Part shown: piece after piece, positions 10,405 through 22,279 of the stretch
Position numbering within the stretch: the first letter of the stretch is position 1
Layout: the number at the start of each line of letters is the position of its first letter
From: Macrostomum lignano
Lineage: Eukaryota
Length of the DNA stretch: 64,000 nt
Assembly: GCA_002269645.1 (NCBI GenBank)
Contig: NIVC01001167.1
Location: forward strand, 248,001 to 312,000
Direction: 5' to 3'
Made by a program: the position numbers and the translations under genes
The notes under the pieces: model-generated
Databases searched by the model: none
Seen by the model: the letters and a program-made list of their open reading frames with translations, nothing else
Told to the model about the DNA's origin: nothing

Positions 10405-13400
10405 ATGGATGACGTAAAAATTAATCCAGAGCTTCGGCGACGCTTGTATATGCGGCGGTATATGCAACAGCATCGCTGGCAAACGCCACGAGAGCGCTCT
10501 CAGTCACCTGTAGTACAGGTAACAAACTCCGAGGATTACCCACGTCCCGCTGCGAATGAGAGCGACGCTGCCCGGAGCCGTCAGAGCGACAGCTCGGAGG
10601 AGAGCGATGCAGATGAATACGAAGGACGGCAGTGCGGCTCAGATCAGAGCAGTCACAGTGACAGCTCGGAGGAGAGAGATGCAGGCGACGACGAATAATC
10701 GGAATCCTTAGGTAAAACAGGCGCATTCATTGCTTATCCATCTCTATGATCAGACGGCCAGCCGTGTGTGTCTTGTATACATTACCCGTCTGCCGAACCG
10801 AACACTGCCAGGCTGCAAGTACCCATAGTACTTTCCTTCCTAGGTGGCAGCGCAAGCAGCCTCTCCGGCACCGGCTCTGACCGGGAAGCTGAAGAACAGC
10901 CTTTTGCAGCCAAACTGATGTACGAATGGCATCTTGCGTTGCCCGGTACACTTGGCGAAGCAATGTGTGCGATTAACTCGTGCTGCCAAGAATTAAGGCT
11001 GTCGCGTGAAGGTGTGACGCGCATGTTAACCATGCTTCACCGACTGGTGCCGAACAACAGGCTTCCAAAAACGGGCCGAACTCTGCGAAACGCTATGAAA
11101 GCCAAGGCCAAATCAGCAGACTGTTCAACAGTGTGCAACGTCTGTCACAGGAACTCAGCTGGTCGCTGTGACTCGAACAATCAGTCTTTATGCGCATACT
11201 GCGGCTCCCATGAGGTGGCAAATTTCTGGCATTTCGACATATCAAGCCAGATAAAGACGCGCGTTCAATCCTGCGAGATGTTACAGCACGTAGTGTTTCC
11301 AGCCGACGTGCAAGTCGACCGCAACGTTTTGCATCTATCTAACAGCGAGATGTATCACTCCTTTTTAGAGAGCATCGATCCTACCTGTCGCAGCGACTTG
11401 TCCTACACCCTTTGTTCGGATGCCTTTCCAGTATGCAGTACCAGCTGCGTTGACGTGTGTCCCGTCTACCTTAGTGTAAACGAAGTCGACGAGCGGCATA
11501 AGTTGCGTTTTCTCTTCATATGCGGTATTTGGGCCGGAAAACGGAAAGTGCACGCGGCAGCTTTTTTTACCGGTTCTCATGGACGTACTTAACGACCTCC
11601 GCTTCAATGGAGTCCAGTACGTAGATGTGCACGGCATCGAACGTCGCCTGCGTTTGCATCCAATGTTTGCTATGTTCGACGCACCGACGAGGGCCGACAC
11701 ATTGTGCATGCGACGGTACTCGGCGATATTCGGATGTGATAAATGTCACCTTCAGACATCTCTACATCCATCCGGAGCAGGTCGTGTCTTTGGCGTCTCG
11801 TTGACACGCCCGATGCAGAACGAAGCTGCGCGACATGGGTGCGTCCAAACGCTAGTGCGCTCGATGAACGATAAAGTCCACATCGCGGAGACGCACCATC
11901 GAGAAGGTCGAGACTTTCGGAGAGACACATTGGGCGTCCGTGGCCTTTCGCCTCTGGCTCGCCTGATTGGATTCGATTTCATACGCGGCACGCCACCATG
12001 CTATTTGCACCAGCTGTGCTTGGGCTTGGTTCGTAACATAGTATGCCAATTGTTTCTTGTTCGGTCCGAGAAACCCGACCGTGGTGTGACACACTGTCCT
12101 GATCTACATGCTCGAATGGGAGCCGTCCAACAGTGCCTGCGTTCTATTCGGTTGCCGAGGTGTGTTCAACGCCACACAATCCGGCCTCTGAAGGACATGC
12201 GACATATGCGCGGTCACGAGTGGGAAATTTCTTCTTGTACTTGCTCCGTTCGTGTTAGACACCTTCCTGCCGGAACGACAGCTGCTGTGACAACACCGGA
12301 CGGCCTATCGGACTCCTTTGAGACATCCTCCGGAGTGCTCCAGGGAGATACGCTGGCGCCGTTCCTGTTCGTCCTGGTGCTTGACTGGGTGCTGCGGACT
12401 GCTCTTCCTACCGACGACGACGGTTTTCTGCTGCAGCGTCGCGTGGGTCAACGTCAACCGGAGAAGCGGCTCAGCGTGCTTGGCTACGCCGACGACCTCG
12501 CCCTGCTGTCCTCGACCGTCGAGGGCGCCCAACGGCAGCTGGACAGGCTGGTTGCCGTTGCGGCGAGTGTCGGCCCGGTGGTCAACACGCAGAAGACCGT
12601 TGTGCTCTGCGTGCCGGACGACATCGAGGCTGCAATATTTTGCCGAGGCGCTGACGGGCAGGCGACCGAACTCCCGCGATGTCAGCAGTTCGTCTACCTC
12701 GGCGGTCTGGTTCCAGACGCTCGCGAGGACCTGCGACGCCGCCGCGGGCTTGCCTGGGCTGCCTTTCGTTCTGTGAGGGCAGTCCTGCAGTCCGAGGCCC
12801 TACCGGACCGCCAGAGGGCGGCGCTGTTCCAGGCGGTAATCGAGACCGTCCTGCTGTACAACGCCGAGACCTGGACGCTGACGGACTCACTCGAACAGCA
12901 AGTCGATGCGGCGCACGCTGGTCTGCTGCGCGCCGCCTTCAACATCGGCGTCGAGCGAGTCACCAACGCGGCACTCTATCGCCGCGCTGGCCTGCCACGT
13001 CCAAGTGATCTACTGCGCCGTCGGCGACTCCAGCTCGCAGGCCATCTCATCCGCGCCGAGTCGTACTGCCCACAGCCGGTGCAGGAGGTGCTGCTGCTCA
13101 CGCTGCAGGCACCCTACCGGCGAGGTCAAGCGCGAACTCGGCGTTATGTCGACTGTCTGCTGGCTGACGCCGGCGCCCCGGACACTGCCGGTGGCGCGGC
13201 CTTTGTTCGCGCCCAAGCCATGAAGCGCGCCCTGTGACGCTGACTTTTACCATCATGACAGCGTATTTTGTTGTTGTTGTTGCCGGAACAGCACTACTGG
13301 TACTTACTGCTACTGTCTACGTCTGTCTTCTGGATGACATTGGACGGTGCCCCGTTAAGTGAACTGCAGCACGTACAGGTGTCGCTCAGGCACTTCCATG

Positions 13401-14002
13401 CACTTTTGCCGCGGTTGTATTCTTTGCGCTTTCTGACATAGAATAGTCACCAAGTGTGCTGCCACATGCTGCCGTACACGACGCTAGCTGGCCCTGTACA
13501 CAGACTGTCAGCGTCCCTGTTTGAAACTATGCACACTCGTCTGCGTGCTCATATCCACGGCTCTTGTCGGACGGACGTCGAAGTGGTCGGTATCGTTGAG
13601 CGCGAGTTCGACAATCTGAAAGCAGCAAGTCGTTTGCTTGGCAACCGGGGTCCTGAACGGCGCGTGCGTATTAAAACGGAAACGAAGCTGTGCGCGAGGT
13701 CCGTTCTCCGGCGGCCAGTAGGCATGCAGGATTGCTGGTCGAGTGTCACGCTGCCATCTGGTGTCACTATCGAGCCGTACTTTGTGCGGCAAGCCACTGA
13801 GGCAGACGCCAGTCCGCGTACGCTAGACTGTAGCTTCATCGCTATCCGTGGTTCCAATGCTACGTCATTCAGATTTTGTCGGGTCTCGTGTATTCAGAAC
13901 GACGACAACAACGTCATACTGACCATGTACGTTCTGCCCGTGATGGAATCCGACATCGACCCATTGGAGGGCGTTATGCGCGGTGCCTGCACAGTCAGCT
14001 AA
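10405..14002 (+). pseudogene. EnSpm/CACTA TnpD-like transposase, frameshifted and interrupted by an RTE LINE
   Basis: Motifs SDAFPV..VCPVYLSVNE, LFICGIWAG, FDAPTRA...FGCDKC, CYLHQLCLGLVR, GHEW, and after the insertion GPVHRLSASLFE...IHGS. Removing the LINE restores FLPE-QHYW. Confidence 0.85.
12277..13280 (+). mobile_element. 5'-truncated RTE-like LINE (RT C-terminal part)
   Basis: GVLQGDTLAPFLF, LGYADDLALL, FVYLGG, LLYNAETWTL; (TTG)n tail; 9-bp TSD TGCCGGAAC at 12268-12276 and 13281-13289. Confidence 0.92.
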
Positions 14003-15364
14003 TCGTGGTTGCCGCTACGCTCATGTGCGCCGCCTTGCTGCGAACCCCTTTGGCTCCCACCACTTATTCGGCACTCCTATCCAGGCGAGTGTGTCCGACG
14101 TCGTGGGCTCCTGTGTAGTGTCTGACACGAAGATTGCTGTACTTCCGCATGCGCAGCTCTGTTACACTTAAAATACTTTAGAGAGTAGCCTCGAGTACTT
14201 CGGAATCCCACCGTTTGCTTCCCACAGTTGTTTTACGTTTTTCATTACTAGTTATAGTATCTGATGGGTTTCGACCTTTCGGCCCCCTTGTGGGAAGCCT
14301 TCGGGCCTCAGGTCTCAGAAATAAATCAATTAAAGTCCTGGCCCCCACTCCTGTCAGATGGTCAGCCCCATGGTAGCTTGATCGTGTGGCGAGCAGTGTA
14401 GGTCCTATAGCTAAGAGAGGGACAGCGAGAGACAAGCAGAGAGAATTTTGAAGGTAGAAATTAGTTAACCCGCAGGTTAGCTAACTCGCTGCCACCAGCC
14501 CGTACGTCCTGGCTCACCACACCGGGACTCTCGAAATCGGGCTTCCGACTAGAAGGGGCTTTGCACTTACCTGCCAACTAGTGTCTTTTTGCTGTCAATC
14601 TCGAAGTCATAGCCGATTATATAAGGGACACTGCTGGGACTTGATCGCATTGGCCATGCAGGTACAGAGGGGACTTGTGCAGGGGATTCTTGCAGTGGCG
14701 AGACTATGGGGTAGCTACATGTACTATTACATTGCTAAATACGAGGAATTGTACTTTTGTACCAAACATTATATCTAGTATAGATTCTATGACAATTTGC
14801 AGAAAAAGGATAAAAATGCCCATTGCCTACTGTTAGTAGGCTAGTAAGTTGAGAGCTCATGTGCTAGCGTGGGATTTGGAAAAAAGTGCGTCCTCATCAT
14901 ATCAATATATTGCAGCTGCTTAATGAAACTGGTAATAGGCCTAATTGTTTATGTAATATGCTTATAGCTGAATTGGTAGCCTCTAAATCTACTTGTTTCC
15001 GCGATCAGTTAGACAACTTAATGTTTACTGATGGATTTCTGTAACCAGTAGCTACTGTTATCTGTAATATATAACTGTTTTAAAACAATATTATCCCTAT
15101 TGCCTGGTATCCACTCCCACAGTGTTAACGTGCACATTTTGCAGTAAACTTTCGCGAAGCTACTCGCTAATCGTTACGTATACTTTCAATTAATTCGAAT
15201 TAGGCTTAATTAACTGATTAATTATTCCATAGTGATAAAACGGAACAATGAACCCTTCGTTTGTGCATTCATTCATTAATTGTCATCAATTCGTTATACT
15301 CGGTCCTTAGCATGCACTCATTTATTTATTGCAGCCGTAGTTGCCTTACAATTTGTAACGCACA

Positions 15365-15856
15365 ATGACCTCCCGTAAGAGCTCTAGAGTGGAAAAGAAC
15401 AAGGGTGGGCGAGCAAGCAGCGGGTGGTTATGTAAGGCGAAGCAGGACGGGATTGAACCGTCCTGGGCGATTTCGTGTGGCCGCATGGTAGTTCGCGAGG
15501 CCAAGCTCCTGCTGCTTCGTACACCCGAGCTCGCAAAACATACGCGTGGCCCGGACAAGCCCGAACATTCAACGGACTGCAGTCTGATTTCAAGATCACA
15601 GTCTGCTGTAAAACTACCACCTGAAACCAGCGGTGGTTCGGCAGCATCGCGGTCTCCAGTTGAGTCCGCAACTGGGTCCGCTCTGCTGGCTGACGTCGAG
15701 TCTTATTCTGCAGCTAATGACGAGTCAGAAGACCCGGATCCGGGGACTGTAGGCCCCAGTGGCCTGTCCCCTGCATTCGCCTGTCCATACTGCCCAATAA
15801 GGCTAAGTGATCCGGAGTATATCCGGATCGTGAATAATAGTAGTAGTGAGAAATAA
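15365..15856 (+). CDS. Hypothetical ORF inside the CMC element
   Basis: 163-aa ORF, Ser-rich with CPYC near the end; no family recognised. Confidence 0.25.
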   Translation: MTSRKSSRVEKNKGGRASSGWLCKAKQDGIEPSWAISCGRMVVREAKLLLLRTPELAKHTRGPDKPEHSTDCSLISRSQSAVKLPPETSGGSAASRSPVESATGSALLADVESYSAANDESEDPDPGTVGPSGLSPAFACPYCPIRLSDPEYIRIVNNSSSEK

Positions 15857-16184
15857 AGAAAACAATTTTTTAATCACAACTGAAGAAAACTGATCAGTTT
15901 TATTCAAGTGCTTGCTACGTGTTTATTAAAGTGTAAAGTGTATAAAATGTTATTAAAGTATTCAAGGTGACACATGTGTCAAGGGGGTCTGACCACAAGT
16001 CAAAGATTCAGCCACCATACAGCGCTGAGCCAAAAGCTTTATTAAATTTGTTGTGTTCGTACAATGAAGCTCCATAGCTTTATTATAGTTTCGAACAAAC
16101 GAGCTTTGCTATTTTAAAACAGTGTACACAGGGACAACTAGAAAGTCCCTGAGTTTCTAACTGTCCCTGAGTGTACATTCCTAC

Positions 16185-18255
16185 AGATACATCAATGTAA
16201 TATTCCTGCACGAAAACGAGTGCGTCAATGGCAAAAGCCAATTGACGCACTCGTTTTCGTGTAGGAAAATCATTGTCTTTTGACCATAGACAAAGTCATT
16301 CCTGCACGGTTTTCGAGAAACGTTAAGAAGAGATGAAAATTGAGTGGAGAGTTTATAGAAAAGTGTATAAAGCTTATTGACTATGGCGTCTGTAATCGAC
16401 TCGGCTCTGAATCCTCCATTAATTGATTTTCGCTACGCTACGGTGTCTGGATTAAGTGGCGACGAAATGTTTATTGAAAGTGTGTCCAGCAACTTTGAGA
16501 GGACGGGCGACGATTTGACTGCACTGATAGCGGATTGCACGTTCAGCGAGGAATTAGAGAAACTTTTCAGCTCGGATCCGGAAACCTTGTGTAACCTTGA
16601 CGAATTGGAAAGTCTGGCCGCTCAACTGGAACGCGACAACGAATGTCATTCGACTGTCTCTAAGGAGAAAGCTGTGATCAACCGCTTGACGGTCTAGTTG
16701 GCGAAGAATAATTTAAAAGTGGATTACGCGACTGCTTCGGTGGAAGAAATTGCCAAATGGGTCCGCTACTTCTATGCGATTCTGCGTAAGTCAGACGGCA
16801 GCTTCTATTCGCCGAATACAATCGTAGGAATTCGAGCCGCACTGTTCAGGTACTTTATGAAATTACCTGGCCTCAATATCATCGCTCACGAGGCTTTTCA
16901 TAGCGCGAATTTGATGGTGAAGAATGTTTGCAATGCGTATTTGAAGTCCGGTGGTCGAGTGCAGCATTACGAAGCCATTGAGTCGGACGACCTTGTCAAG
17001 CTTGCTTCTTACTTCGACAGAAGCACTCCAACAAGTTTGCAAGAAGAGGTATATTTCAATGTGTTATTTTATTTCGGCAATCGCGGCAGAGAATGGCTAC
17101 GAGGTCTCACTGTTCGTTCATTCCGAGAGAAGGCCCTATCAAACGGAGCTATGGCGATCGAGTTGCAAGGCAGCACCTCAAAGAATGTAAAAGGCTCGAG
17201 TGACATGCGACTCTGCGACGACAATAAACAGGCCTTGATGGTGGCCAAGCCGGAGTCAAGGCACTGTCCAGTTCAGGCCTTCCAGCTTTATTTGTCGAAA
17301 ATTACTGCCGTGCCGGGTTGGAATCAGGAGGACTTCTTTCTGCGTCCGAAACCACGTGTGAATGCGGATGGCATCTGGTACACCAAAGTACCAGTTGGAA
17401 TCAACACTTTGGGGCCGTTGCTCAAGAAGATCTCTTCGAATGCTAACCTGTCCAAGCTGTACACTCCGCATTGTGTGCGACCTACAGTTGTTACGGAGCT
17501 GAATGAAGCTGGCTTTTCTGTCGGAAAAATTGCGAAGGTGACAGGTCACAAGGTGAGCAATTCTTTATTCTTAGTAAGTTTATTGACACATGGACAAGGA
17601 ATTTATTAAACACCACCTCTATTCACAGAATAGCGCGTCGGTAGAACGATACATCCGGAGAGGCAAGAAGAGGGACTCGATCATGGCAGGGATGAGTGAT
17701 CAGCTGACAGTCGCTCTAGCTGGAACTATGCCGGCACCAAGTTCTACATTGAGCGAAGCTCCTGCAAGGGCTGTTACAACTACCGACCCGTGCGCCCTGA
17801 GCGACGCTCCTACAAGGGCTGTTGCGACTACCGACCCGTGCGGATCAGCGTCAATGTCAACTGTCAAGAAGTCACTGGTTGTTGAAGAATCGACCACCAC
17901 ACTTGTAGCAGCCCCCACTAAGCGGATGAAGATTTTGGCAAACGGCGAAACGAATGTTGTGCAGTTTATTTTCGAGTAAATGCCGAGAGGGGTGTGAGTA
18001 GGTCTATAGACTCATTAACTGTTTCCCTAGTTCCACTTATTATCCTTTTTATTCTTCCATATTGTTATTGATTACATATTCAGTTGCTTCTAAAAATAAA
18101 TTGTTAAATCGTGCAGGAATGAAGTCATTCCTGCACGATAAGCTAACGTATGTCAAGTGATTTCTACCATAGACACAGACATTCCTGCACGATAATAAAT
18201 CGAAAAAATCATTCCTGCACGCTGTGGTCAAACGACAATGGTATTTGATGAGTAA
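16185..18255 (+). mobile_element. Crypton (DUF3504-type tyrosine recombinase transposon); boundaries approximate
   Basis: YR gene flanked by multiple copies of CATTCCTGCACG in direct and inverted orientation at both ends. Confidence 0.8.
16377..17979 (+). CDS. Crypton tyrosine recombinase (one in-frame stop at ~16695; one intron ~17553-17628)
   Basis: LRKSDGSFYSPNT, YFGNRGRE (R), HCPVQAF, TPHCVR (HxxR), VTGHK; splicing GHK|gtgag...cacag|NSASVERY supplies the catalytic Tyr. Confidence 0.85.
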
Positions 18256-18868
18256 ATCAGTTGATAAAAATCACGCAGCTTAGAACCATGCGTTATAAAA
18301 ACGATATAGTTTTCCTGCTTAAGTTTCTGTTGCATGTACAGGTGCAAAAGTTTTGCTGACATAACGCGTTCTTGTGTCTCGCTCCACCGTAATAAGGTTA
18401 ACTCTATTACTGATATTTGCGATTCGAAAAAAAAGTGTTTACGCTATTAACGTTTGAATCGTCTAAATACACTGTCATTTTGAAGCTTCGTTTCAACTGT
18501 AATTTCTTTTCAAAGTTAAATTCATCCGTTTTATTTGTTACCCGCAATATGCTTCCCTATTTTAGCAGATAGAAATATACAGGACTGACTGACACACTGA
18601 CTTGAGTGAGTGGGTGACTGACTGACTGGCTGACTGAATTTAAATTGTTTGTTTAATTGTCAGTCGGCTACATGTATCTAAATCTAGCTAGACACTATAG
18701 GTAGTAGTTACTCTTTACAGTTACTTAAAAGTTACTTTTTAAACGCAAAATCGGTATTGTACAAAACTCGCATTCTCATAAACAGTATCGTTATAAACAC
18801 TTCAGCGCGTTCATGAATATAATATTACAGATATAATTTACACAGTTTTTTTCAGTGCGACAGACGAT

Positions 18869-21170
18869 ATGGATCGCAAGGGACACAATAATAATATATG
18901 CCGAGGTACTGACGGTCCTCCGGCCAAGCGCCACAAAACCAAAAGTAAGAGAAAAATAACTGCAACGGCCGATGAAGCTCCGGCCAAGTCGAGTCGATCT
19001 GCTAAGGCCGATGGGGCTCCGGCCAAGTCGAGTCGATCTGCAACGGCCGATGAAGCTCCGGCCAAGTCGAGTCGATCTGCAACGGCCGATGAAGCTCCGG
19101 CCAAGTCGAGTCGATCTGCTAAGGCCGATGGGGCTCCGGCCAAGTCGAGTCGATCTGCTAAGGCCGATGGGGATCCGGCCAATTCGAGTCGATCTGCTAA
19201 GGTCGATGGGGCTCCGGCCAGTTCGAGTCGATCTGCAACGGAGGCTTCGCCCGAGACTACCCATGACCATGTAGGCGGTCCTGAGGTTGCGGTGTCTGAT
19301 CAAGAGGCTCTACCGTACGCGATCTTTGGCAATGATCGAGAAAATCAGGACCCTGTAGCTGCAGCTGAGCCTGACATGGTGCCGTACAAAGTAGAAGCAG
19401 TGCGGCGTTACTTCATATTTCAATATCATAATTTTCACCTTCGAACAGAAGTCGTATGCACAGAGGGCAGCAGTAACACAGCACTTGTTGTGGCACGTAG
19501 GCGTGATTCACCTGTCCCTGTCGCGGTGGGTAGTGTTGTACATATTGTGACGGCTCGGGCAAACAGGAAGAATGCCAGGCGATATCTTGGCACACTTCTG
19601 CGAGGCCCATTCCATCACAAAAGCGAAGCGACTGGTGCCGCGACTTTAACAAATGTCCATACTCAGCCGACGGAGCTGCCCCGGGCCTGCGCCTCGTGCC
19701 GTGGCCTACTCGTTGAGCTGCAACGCTCAAAATCTTTGACCGACACTCTCGGTAAGGCGGGAGCGAATTCCTAGTCGGAATAGCCATTCCGACTGTATGT
19801 AGCTCGTATATTTGCCTTTAGAGACTATGGGCCCGTTCTATAAAGCCATCAATCTTAGCTCCTATCTTCGCAGTGTAAAAGTTCCGACGTACGATCGAAC
19901 TTACGCTACGACAGCTTTATAGTACGACCCCTATATTTATTTATGTATATTTGTTTTGTCCGTATACTGTACGTTAAGATGTGTTAAGTACACAAGTTAT
20001 TCCTCAGTTAGGATGCACGTTCAAGTTTTCAAACACGTTTCTTAAACGTACTCTTTATTAAGGACAACTTTCATAATTGCATCCTTTTGAACAGGCTCTG
20101 AGCTTCGCGCAGCGCGCGCTGAATTGGCACAGCAGCATGAGGAGGTGCGCTCTCTGACACACCAAAACGCCGTACTGCGTAGGTTGGAGACTAAACTGCT
20201 CCAGCAGTGCGAAGTTGAGCAGTCGAAGATGTTGAAAATGCAGCGGGCTAGCAGTGCTGCCAATGCACTTCTTGTGCGCGCGTCGCAATGCCTAGCAGTA
20301 CAGGACGTCAATGCAGGCCCTTCAACATCTGGGCAACGTTTGTTGGCCGGCTCCGATGACAGTCTGCATAGTCCGGCGGACGAGACAGAGGAGCCTGATT
20401 TGGAGGCCAACTTTGCAACCAGTAGTTCTCTAACGGCGTCTCAGACTCAGTGCCTTTTACTGGCGTGTGACAGGGCGGCCTCTCAAGCTGGGCCCTCTGA
20501 GACCTCAAGTGGTTTGGTTGCCCTGTCCCAGGCGCAGCCATTTTTTAAGGTATCGGCAACATGCCGTGCCGAATTAGATCAGCGGCACCGGGACTACTTG
20601 GAGGCAAGAGAACAAAGGAGCACTGTCGATCTCGACGCCGCTGCCCGGTGCGACGCGACAGCCAAACAGGCAATGCTGCGGGCTCTAATTCGAGCAGTGT
20701 TTAATGACGCCGAGTTGGGCCACTCAACGTTGAGTGGTCGCAAGACGCCGGGCTACGTATCTACGCCAGCCAATCCGGCGAAGCTCGCCGCGGTAAATTT
20801 GTGGTTGCGTAATGCCAATATTGGGTTCTCCGAACCCGAACTGCGGCGAGCTTTCACCCGGTGCGGTGAAACTGCCCGACATCGATTAAACGTGCCCAAG
20901 CGCGTTCGCAAAGGAGCGTCTGAAGCTGAACGCAAATCGACGAAGAAGCTGGCTAAACAGTCCTCGCCGGTGCTCCGCGTTGTAACAGCCGGCGAGGACG
21001 CCCATGAAAGGGACAGGACTTCGACGTCTCGATCCGCTCCTGCTGCAACCGCTGCTGCGTTGTCGGGACACGGAGCCACGGGGGGCACCGGCGGCGATCG
21101 TACAGACGCCAATGCCGCCGAGCGTGCAGAGAATGCCGCCGACCTGTTGCTAGAACTCATCGGAAAGTAA
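18869..21170 (+). CDS. Two-exon accessory gene of the CMC element: 12-aa repeats, coiled coil and a BEN-like domain (exons 18869-19751, 20095-21170)
   Basis: Phase-1 donor G|gtaagg (19752) matches the phase-1 acceptor gaacag|GC (20095). C-terminal AMLRALIRAVFNDAELGHSTLSGRK...NPAKLAAV...FSEPELRRAF resembles the BEN pattern. Confidence 0.7.
18960..19235. repeat. 36-bp coding tandem repeat (ADEAPAKSSRSA)
   Basis: About 7-8 visible copies within ORF 18869-19774. Confidence 0.95.
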
Positions 21171-21189
21171 AGTCAAAGATTGTAAGCAG

Positions 21190-21325
21190 TCAAGTATTTT
21201 TGTAAGTCAAGAATTGTAAGTCATCTTTTGTATCTAAGTCATGAATTGTAAGTCATCTTCTTGTGTGTAAGTCAAGAATTGTAAGTCATCTTTTGTATGT
21301 AAGTTAAGAATTGTAAGTCATCTTT
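21190..21325. repeat. Short degenerate tandem repeat (gtaagtcaagaattgtaagtcatcttttgt)
   Basis: About four copies just after the BEN gene stop codon. Confidence 0.85.
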
Positions 21326-22279
21326 TAATAAAAGAATAAATGAGGTAGCCTTAAGGCTAGTTGAACTAAAGAATAAATGGCTTAATAAATTGAATTGTGG
21401 AAATATACTGCCACGTCTTTTCTTTCCTCTTTTACTTTGCCTCAGCAACACGCAAATTATAGACGGACGTAGTATGGATTTCATGCCTGCTCGTAACGTA
21501 CTGCACATCCGATTTCTTTTCCGCTTTGGCCGTATGTTGTGGAAATCCGGTTTTCGTCCGGAAACTGCTCCGGTTTCTTTTCCGCTTTGGCCGTGTGTTG
21601 TGGAAATCCGGTTTTCGTCCGGAAAAAGCTCTGCATGCTCGTCCGGTACCATGCGGATTGACACCCGGATAAAATTTCAGACCAACCCCGGACACATCCG
21701 GATGAATGGGTCTCCGCATGAAAGATTTTCATGTTTTGGTCCGTTTTGTAAACTTTTCGTCCGGCTTTTTCCCGGTTTTAATGGGAAAAATGCACTACGC
21801 ACCGGACGAAACTCCGGAACTCTCTTCGACCAATTTCCGGATGAAAAAGCCAGGCGGGATCTATGAATTCGTCTTCATTAAATTTCAATTTCCAGTTTTG
21901 AAGTTAGTGTTCCAATTTTTGTTTCCATGGCTGAAAGATTGTTAGCAGTTCAGGCTATTTTGAAACTGAAAGTAGTGCTTTTCGTCGAAGGGAATCATTT
22001 TAGTTTACAATGAGACATTTTAATTAATCGCTAGATTTATTCAAATATCTCGTTACTGCATATTTCGCGTTCCAAAATTTCAGTTAATGCAAGGCAATGA
22101 TCTTGCGGACTGTTCAGAGTCCGATGAGATACGGTCTGAATCTGAAACCTCATCTGAGACGACGGAAAGTGATTGGTCGGAGACGACTAACACTGATTGG
22201 TCAGAATTAAGTAGCTCTGATTGGACCGAATCAACTGACTCTGGAGACAATAATCTATCTGTAGTAAGCTGACTGTCAT

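Larger units (their letters stand above)
9451..21858 (+). mobile_element. EnSpm/CACTA (CMC superfamily) DNA transposon, 12.4 kb including nested insertions
   Basis: 22-bp TIRs CCCGCCTGGCTTTTTCATCCGG at 9451-9472 and inverted at 21837-21858. 2-bp TSD AT at 9449-9450 and 21859-21860. CCGG-rich subterminal repeats at both ends; internal CMC transposase. Confidence 0.88.

Noticed and set aside
11579-13237. 552-aa ORF that looks like a transposase-reverse transcriptase fusion
   Set aside because: Artefact: an RTE LINE with a 9-bp TSD (TGCCGGAAC) inserted into the CMC transposase and happens to be in frame after a frameshift.
18791-19303. Antisense and alternative-frame ORFs over the 36-bp repeat
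   Set aside because: The repeat unit lacks stops in several frames; only the + frame connects to the spliced gene.
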